Assembly: GCF_006345805.1 (NCBI RefSeq)
Contig: NW_021833368.1
Span: 1 to 28,387 of the forward strand
Direction of reading: 5' to 3'
DNA: 28,387 nucleotides
Source: Octopus sinensis
Taxonomy: Eukaryota
Shown here: positions 21,079 through 28,387 of the stretch, piece after piece
How positions within the stretch are numbered: the first letter of the stretch is position 1
Layout of the letters: the number at the start of each line of letters is the position of its first letter
Notes under the pieces: model-generated
Told to the model about the DNA's origin: nothing
Database searches by the model: none
Seen by the model: only the letters and a program-made list of their open reading frames with translations
Made by a program: the position numbers and the translations under genes

Positions 21079-21296
21079 GTATAGAGGGCATTATAACACA
21101 TAATGCCTCACACTGAGAGGGACATAAGTCATTACTACCAAAATTTGCAGTTTTTCAAAGCAAGACATTTAAAAACTGAATTTAGTTAAAAAAATGCGTC
21201 TATGCTCATCAGTAGGTACGATTAGTGAAATTTTGGTAGTAATGACTTATGTCCCTCTTAGTGTGAGGCATTTATGTGTAATAATGCCCTCTATAC
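21079..21296. mobile_element. MITE-like fold-back element with 68/69-bp arms
   Basis: 21079-21146 vs 21228-21296 are reverse complements with 3 differences; TA-rich flanks. Confidence 0.85.
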
Positions 21297-21425
21297 AATA
21301 TAAATTAATATGTTCAAAAGAAAAAAAATTATTTTCGAATTTTTCTCTTATGAGGTTTTTTCACGCTAACTACCTGATAATTTCTTGTAAAGATTCCTTA
21401 TTAAGAAGTTATCCTTAATTGTTAA

Positions 21426-21468
<43 letters not shown>

Positions 21469-21495
21469 TATGTAAGTTATATTAGAGAAAAAAGG

Positions 21496-21530
<35 letters not shown>

Positions 21531-21632
21531 TTACGCCTAAGTTACCGGTTAGAGAACATTGTTATTTATACATGCCCTCTTTCGAGTGAGCGTTCTGTAT
21601 CAAGTTCTGGAAATTGTGATGTGTAAGCGACT

Positions 21633-21702
21633 AACTTCGCTGATGAACTTGCAGATATTTACATTCGTATATATTAACAAGCGAAATCATGGTACGTAGG
21701 TT
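21633..21702 (+). ncRNA. Type I hammerhead motif, partly decayed, GUA site after 21694
   Basis: CTGATGA (21640-21646), stem II (A)CTTG/CAAG(C), GAAA (21683-21686), near-palindrome ATCATGGT, stem I AACTTCG/CGTAGGTT imperfect. Confidence 0.65.
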
Positions 21703-21867
21703 ATCGTTTTTCATTTCGTATATTTTCATTTGTCTTGCTCATTCTGGCGTTTTGCTGAAATTTTGTTTTTCTTGAAAACACACTCTTCCTGGTAATGGCG
21801 ATTTGACATCTATATTTAGCATATTATGAGTTCATTTTGGTGGTCATTCCTCTTAATTTTGTGTGTA

Positions 21868-21924
<57 letters not shown>

Positions 21925-21964
21925 CTCTCTCTCTCTCTCTCTCTCGTCTCTCCTCTCTCTATAT

Positions 21965-22006
<42 letters not shown>

Positions 22007-22100
22007 TAATCCAAACAACAAGAAAACAAAAAAGACAACAACGCGAGGATGTGGAACAATAAAGTATTATTAGGCGCCATGAAAAAGGGGAAGAAGGAGG

Positions 22101-22137
22101 GTAATGACGTTTCGAGCGGAGCTCTTCGTCGAAATAT
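22101..22137 (-). ncRNA. Degenerate ultra-minimal hammerhead relic
   Basis: Minus strand TCGACGA-A-GAGC-TCC-GCTC-GAAA-CG-TC; segment lies between (TA)n tracts. Confidence 0.42.
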
Positions 22138-22209
22138 AGGAAAAGAAAGATCCCGAGGTGGGAGGACAGAGGGAATACACACATATATACATATATATAT
22201 ATATAATTA

Positions 22210-22335
22210 TCTTTTATCTTTTACTTGTTTTAGTGACCAGACAGCGGCCATGCAGGGGCTCCGCCTTGAGGAATTCAAGTCGAACAAATGGATCTCAGTA
22301 TATTTATTTTTAAAGCCGGGTACTTATTTAATTGT
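22210..22335 (-). mobile_element. SINE family B, 3' fragment
   Basis: Tail CTTTTACTTGTTT..GCGGCCATGC..GTCGAACAAAT. Confidence 0.65.
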
Positions 22336-22611
22336 TTCGACTTATATACATTTTCTGATATACATGCACAATAACCGTTCCCTGAAGTGACTTATATATA
22401 AGGGAACCATTATTGTGTATGTATTACGTTCATAGTATATAAAGTAATATTATATTATAAATAAATTATTGGATTGTCAATAGTATCTGTATTTAATTTA
22501 TCTTTGTAATTGCATGATACCAATATTTATATGGTATTCAACTAACGTACCAGTGAATTGGATGTTTAACATACCCCTTTGAAGGATCTCTTTTCCTCAG
22601 TTTGTTACTTT

Positions 22612-22704
22612 ATATATATATATATGTATGTATGTATATGCGCTTGTGTATACATATGTATATATATGTATATATATATACATATATATGTGTATATGTA
22701 TATA

Positions 22705-22747
<43 letters not shown>

Positions 22748-22914
22748 TACATATGTATACACAGTCGCACACGCGGGCGAACACACACACACACACACAC
22801 ACGCACACATATATACACACACATATTCACGCTCACATTCACATATTAGCAGCGAAACAGGTGAATCGTACGTGCACAATCAACCATTACTTGCCACACA
22901 CACACAACCATTCA

Positions 22915-22986
<72 letters not shown>

Positions 22987-23008
22987 CACAGAGAGAGAGA
23001 GACACGCA
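22612..23008. repeat. Compound TA/CA microsatellites
   Basis: Directly visible. Confidence 0.95.
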
Positions 23009-23339
23009 CACATTGTTGGCTTCAACAAACCCTTGTCCCGCTCATTCATACAGACGATGCTTTACAGATTAATTGGCAAACGACAATAAGAATGACAACA
23101 ATACAATACCCCCCAAAAAGCAATAAATCAACGAGTCCTAGCACGACAACAACAACAACAACAACAACAGCAACAATAACAACAACAACAACAACAGTAG
23201 CAATAGCAACAAGAACGTCATCGGTATTGACAACAATGACAAAATCTCGTTGAAAATATGTTTAATTGCTTCAGAAAAAAAAAGTTTTCTTGGTCGAATG
23301 ACCCTGTTTGTGTCCCGAGATTTGAGTTTGAGATTTCTA

Positions 23340-24185
23340 CTTTAAACACCTCAACCTTCACTCTCCGTTCTCTTTCTCTTCCCTGTTCTCTTTCTCTTCC
23401 CTCTCTTTCTCTGTCTCATTCTCTCTTTCTATCTCTATTTAAAGATCTCTTTCACCCCTTTCTCACCCTTGTCTCTCTCTCTTCTCTCTCTCTCTCTCTT
23501 CTCTTTCACTCTCTCTCTTCTCTTTCACTCTCTCTCATTCTCTCTCATTCTCTCTCTTCATCTTTGTCTATTTAAAAGCCTCTCTCATACTCTTACCTCT
23601 TTCCCTTTTTTCGTCCTCTCTCTCTTTTCATCTACTTAAATGTCTCTCTTGACCTCTTCCTATCTCTCTTTCTCTTTAACCTCTTTCTCTCGCCTCTCTC
23701 CCCTCCATCTCCTTCAGTCTATTCAAAGATTTTTCTCCCTCTCTCTTTCTATCTCTCCTCTCCCTTTTCTGTTTATTCAAAGGTCTCCCTCACCCTCTTT
23801 CTCTCTTTCTCTCCTTCTCTCCTTCTCTCTCTCTTCCTCTCTTCCGTCTAGTTAACTACCCCTCTTACTCTCTTTTTCTCCTCTTATTCTCTCTCTTTCT
23901 CGGTCACCTCTCTCTCTCTTCCTCTCTTGCTGTCTATTCAAATGGCTCTCTCACCCACATTCCTCTCCCTTTCTTTCAATTTTAATGTCTTTCTTTTGTC
24001 CTCTTTCTTTCCTACTTTCTCTCTCACTTCTCTTCTCTCTCACCCTTTTCCCCTCTCTTTCCTTCTATCTCCCTCCACTCGCTCTAATCTTCTCCTCCTC
24101 TCTCTCTCCCTCTCTTACTCCTTATCATTACTTTTGTTTTTGATCTCTCCTGTCCTTCTCTCTGTCTCTCCTTCATATCCCACCA
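23340..24185. repeat. Degenerate CT-rich polypyrimidine tract with a recurrent TCTATTYAAA motif
   Basis: Motif near 23434, 23567, 23631, 23718, 23772, 23847 and 23933. Confidence 0.85.
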
Positions 24186-24320
24186 CTCTGCTTGCCATAG
24201 TTCATTTCTCACGCAGCAGTGAATATTTAGATTTCGAGCTGTATATTCAAATCAGACTCCTATCTGAAACACCCAATGACATTGAAGCTCACGGCGCACG
24301 CGCACGCACACACACACACA

Positions 24321-24370
<50 letters not shown>

Positions 24371-24405
24371 TGCGTGACCACTATGTATATATATGTACTT
24401 TGTAT

Positions 24406-24810
24406 GGCGGCGTGCATGCAGAAACGTTAGCACGCCGGGCGAAATGCTTAGCAGTATTTCGTCTGCCGCTACGTTCTGAGTTCAAATTCCGCCGAGGTCG
24501 ACTTTGCCTTTCGTCCTTTCGAGGTCGATTAAGTAAGTACCAGTTACGCACTGGGGTCGATATAATCGATTTTATCCGTTTGAATGTCCTTGTTTGTCCC
24601 CTCTGTGTTTAGCTCCTTGTGGGTACTAAAGAAATAGGTTACATTCTGAGTTCAAATTCCGCCGAAGTCGACTTTGCCTTTCATCCTTTCGGGGCCGATA
24701 AATTAAGTACCATTTACGCACTGGGGTCGATGTAATCGACTTAATTCCCTTGTCTGTCCCTGTGTGTCCCCTCTATGTTATGCCCCTTGTGGGCAATAAA
24801 GAATTAAGAA
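24406..24810 (+). mobile_element. Dimeric SINE family A, second copy
   Basis: Units 24406-24639 and 24640-24803 with the same unit-specific tails as the 13.3-13.8 kb dimer. Confidence 0.88.
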
Positions 24811-24859
24811 ACGTTACCGCGACAGACAAAATTCAAAATAACATTTCTTCTGACTTTAC

Positions 24860-24905
24860 ATACTGAGTTCAAATTGCGCTGAGGTCGACTTTGCCTTTCA
24901 TCCTA
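24860..24905 (+). mobile_element. SINE family A fragment
   Basis: CTGAGTTCAAATTGCGCTGAGGTCGACTTTGCCTTTCATCC. Confidence 0.65.
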
Positions 24906-24908
24906 TAG

Positions 24909-25172
24909 ATGCAGGCGTAACTGTATAGTCACAAGCTTGCTTCAAAACTCCAGGGTTCCGAGTTCTGTCCCATAGCACGACACCTCGGGCAAGTGTCTTC
25001 TACTATAACTTCAGGTCAACCAAAGTCTTGTGAGTGCATTTGGTAGGAGGAAGCTGAAAGAAGCTCGTTGTGGATATGTGTGTACGTGTATGCATATGTG
25101 TGTTTGTGTGTAAGTGTGTAAGTGTGTATGTATGTTTACTCCCACCCACTATCACCACTACTACCGCTTGAC
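24909..25172 (+). mobile_element. SINE family B, 5' part
   Basis: GCAGGCGT head, CTCGGGCAAGTGTCTTCTACTATA, internal TG tract, CCGCTTGACAAC. Confidence 0.75.
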
Positions 25173-25181
25173 AACTGTTGT

Positions 25182-25278
25182 CTTCTTCTTCTTCTTCTTC
25201 TTCTTCTTCTTCTTCTTCTTCTTCTTCTTCTTCTTCTTCTTCTTCTTCTTCTTCTTCTTCTTCTTCTTCTTCTTCTTC
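25182..25278. repeat. (CTT)n microsatellite
   Basis: Directly visible. Confidence 0.98.
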
Positions 25279-25564
25279 CAATCATGACTCACGCCATTAG
25301 CCACAAAGAATAATCTCTAATTCGAGCCTACTCTAAGCTACCAAGAATGCGTGTGGCAACTTGAAGTTCCACCCACCACACGCGATAGACTGGTTTTTGC
25401 GCGGGTGCGCAATCTACGTTGTTATCCTCATTCCGGAAACGGTGGCTTTTAACGGGGAGAGAGCTGAACCATCCTGGGGAACAGACGATTCGCAATCTAG
25501 ACTAGGGTCTGAAAGTTTACCACACCATAGTGGGTTACACAATGGTTCCTCTGCTTTGTGGCAG

Positions 25565-25763
25565 AAGTAGGAAGAAAGAGTGAAAGTTGTGGTGAAAGAG
25601 TACAGCGGTGTTGGTCCCCCCCCAACCCCGCCGCCGGAGCTTCTTGGAGCTTAGGTGTTTTTGCTCAATAAACACTCACAATGCCCACTCTGGGTGGGAA
25701 TCGAAACCGCGTTCTTACGACGGCGAGTCCGCTGCCTTAACAACTGGGCTATTGCGCCTCCAC
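25565..25763 (-). mobile_element. tRNA-derived SINE (another head variant), 3' truncated
   Basis: Minus strand GTGGAGGCGCAATAGCCCAGTTGTTAAGG..GGTTTCGATTCCC A/B-box-like head. Confidence 0.7.
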
Positions 25764-25883
25764 TGACAACTGATGTTGCCCGTTTACGCCCGTAACTTAC
25801 CTCTTCCAATAAAATAAGTCACATGATTAAAAAAATTCGATTACCAGTTCGACAAATTCTTCAAGTAAAAGACAAAAGAGGAA

Positions 25884-26300
25884 TTAGACTGCGGCCATGC
25901 TGGGGCTCCAACTGTAAGAATTTTTACTTGAATGAATCGACACCAGTATTTATTTTTTGTTAAGCCTGGTATTTATTCTATCAGTCTGCTTTGCTGAACT
26001 GTTAAGTTATGGAGAGTTAAACACATCGACACCAGTTATCGAGCGGTGGTGGAAGACAAAAACAGACACAAAGACACACACACACAAAGATATATGTATA
26101 TATATATATATGTGTGTGTGTACACACACACAAGTATACGACGAGCTTCTTTCAGTTTCCGTCTTCCAAATCCACTCAGAAGTCTTTGGTCAACCCGAGG
26201 CTATAGTAGAAGACACGCCCAAGTTGCCATGCAGTGGGACTGAACCCGGAAGCATGTCAATAGGAAGCAAGCTTCTTACCACACAGTCACGCCTGCGCCT
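25884..26300 (-). mobile_element. SINE family B
   Basis: Colinear with other B copies. Confidence 0.85.
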
Positions 26301-26534
26301 ACAAAAGATAAAATATTATATATGCATCCTTATCTGTTATGAAATATTTTACATAATTGAATACTTGGCCTCGGTTTACTTTCCTGTGTCACATCGAATC
26401 AACCCTTCTCAACCCCACTCATGTTTTTGGGTCCCGTACCCTATTTCAATATCGTCCTACGCTCCACCGACAAAATAAAATAAAAACTCGCACCCGAACA
26501 TGAACAGATATACAGATAAAGTATATATCTTCTA

Positions 26535-26970
26535 TCTTTTACTTGTTTCAGTCATTGGACTGCGCCCATGCTGGAGCACCAGCTCAAAGGGTTTTAGTCG
26601 AACAAATCGCTTCAAGCTCATATGAGCTTTTTTTTTAAACGTCTGTTCTTCATTTTATCGGTCACTTTTGCTAAACCGCTCGATTACGGGGAAGTAAACA
26701 AACACCGGTTGACAAAATGATGGTGGTGAAAAACACAATGACACACTCACACAGACACACACATGCACGCACGCACGCACACACACGCAAACACACACAC
26801 ACGCACACGCACACAGATGTACACACGATGCCCTACCTCAAAATTTCCGTCTACTAAGTTCACTCAGAAAGATATAGTAGAAGATAACGACCTAAGCTCC
26901 CGGGCAGTGAGACTGAAACCCGAAACCACGTGATGTCAAAGTGAGGTTGTTAACCATACACCCACGCCTA
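26535..26970 (-). mobile_element. SINE family B, degenerate
   Basis: Colinear with other B copies. Confidence 0.8.
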
Positions 26971-27444
26971 ACCCTATAACGGTACCTATGACGTCATTTT
27001 TAGGTGTGCGTAGCCTCAATCCAAAGGGCGAAAGAACGTTATAGCTTAAAAAATTTTATATGTGTCTTTATAGTGTTTAACTAAAATGTGTAAGAGATTA
27101 CTCTTAAGTCAATTAATTCGTTCTGCTACATGACACGGATTATCTCGTTTAATCTCACTTTTATGATGTCTCCTCAATGCGGCGCTTAAAAGTAGATGTT
27201 TCATTTAAATAACGTAGAATAACAAACAATACTATAAACAATAACAACAGCAACCATAACAACTTCGAAAATAATAAGAGGGAAAGACTATAATGCAATT
27301 ATAAAAAAAAAAAACAGGTGTAAACAAACAAACACACACAAAAATAACAACGAAATTAACGGGAGTTATAAAACCAAACGAAATGAGAAATCAAATGGGA
27401 AACATCAGGAGCATCCAACAGTTTTTGTTCTATTTACCTCCGGT

Positions 27445-27600
27445 ACATTTACATATATACATTCATACATACATACATACATACATACATACATACATAC
27501 ATACATACATACATACATACATACATACATACATACATTCACACATAGGTACATACATACGTACATACGTACATACATATGTACATAGTACATACATGCA
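27445..27600. repeat. (CATA)n microsatellite
   Basis: Directly visible. Confidence 0.97.
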
Positions 27601-27602
27601 TA

Positions 27603-27988
27603 CTGGCTGTGTGGTAAGTAGCTTGCTTACGAACCACATCGTTCCGGGTTCAGTCCCATAGGGTAAGTGTCTTCTACTATAGCCTCGGATCAACCAAAGC
27701 CTCGTGAATGGATTTATAAAGGCGGAAACTGAAAGAAGCCCGTCATATATATATATATGTGTGTATGTGTGTGTATATATTTGTGTGTCTGTGTTTATCC
27801 CCCCAACACCGCTTGACAACCGATGCTGGTGTATTTACTTCCCCGTAACTTAGCGGTTCGGCAAAAGAGACCGAAAGAATATGTACTAGGCTTATAAAAA
27901 ATAAGTCCTGTAGTCGATTTCCTCGACTTAAGACGGTGCTTCAGCATGGCCACAGTCACATGGCTGAAACAAGTAAAAGAGTAAAAGA
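27603..27988 (+). mobile_element. SINE family B, near full length
   Basis: TGGCTGTGTGGTAAGTAGC head through the GGCTGAAACAAGTAAAAGAGTAAAAGA tail. Confidence 0.88.
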
Positions 27989-28107
27989 CATACATACATT
28001 ACATACACACATACATACATATATACATAATATATACGTACATACGTACATACATACATACATACATACATACATTACATACATACATACATACATGTAT
28101 GTATATT

Positions 28108-28170
28108 GCTTTGGTTCAATGGTAGAACGTCTGTCATGCTTGCAGATGTGATTTGAGTCCGACAGGAAGC
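28108..28170 (+). pseudogene. Degenerate tRNA-like sequence
   Basis: D arm GTTC-AATGGTA-GAAC, 5-bp anticodon-like stem TCTGT/GCAGA, decayed B box GATTTGAGTCC; non-canonical loop and poor acceptor stem. Confidence 0.35.
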
Positions 28171-28237
28171 GTTCGAAGTTTTCTAAGCAAAGAATATATT
28201 TTAGCTCAATATTTTGTCTATGTGCTAATGCATGCAA

Positions 28238-28247
28238 ATCTATCTAT

Positions 28248-28315
<68 letters not shown>

Positions 28316-28387
28316 ATATCTGTCTTCTTCTCTCTTTCTCTCTCTCTCTATCTATCTATCTTTCTCTCTCCTCTCTCCCTCTCTCTC
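28238..28387. repeat. (TATC)n/(CT)n microsatellite
   Basis: Directly visible. Confidence 0.97.

Noticed and set aside
22565-22605. Minus-strand CTGAGGA..CTTCAAAG motif next to (TA)n
   Set aside because: GAAA incomplete and helices I/III unconvincing

Overview
Eukaryotic, AT-rich, repeat-dominated genomic DNA with no confidently callable host gene. The very dense microsatellites and the tRNA-derived SINE families resemble an octopus (cephalopod) genome; this taxon call is inferred from recalled repeat families, not from a search. Nearly all ORFs in the track are microsatellite read-through. The only clear protein-coding remnant is a 5'-truncated, disabled CR1-group LINE ORF2 (reverse transcriptase) on the minus strand at ~6.8-8.9 kb. 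Its missing 3' end lies ~0.9 kb away in the opposite orientation and shares a perfect 76-bp inverted duplication with the body. The window also holds about 30 SINE copies from at least three modular families, including a dimeric SINE with a 15-bp target-site duplication. The most striking signal is a set of short non-coding elements embedded in (TA)n tracts, several with long inverted repeats, that carry minimal type I hammerhead ribozyme motifs (CUGANGA-stem II-GAAA-palindromic stem III-GUH). Four motifs have an intact core (1701-1776 +, 2380-2461 +, 9320-9382 -, 9828-9890 +) and five more are lightly to heavily decayed. Their sequences are unrelated, yet stem III is palindromic or nearly so in each, which points to non-autonomous Penelope-like or retrozyme-like elements whose ribozymes cleave as dimers.
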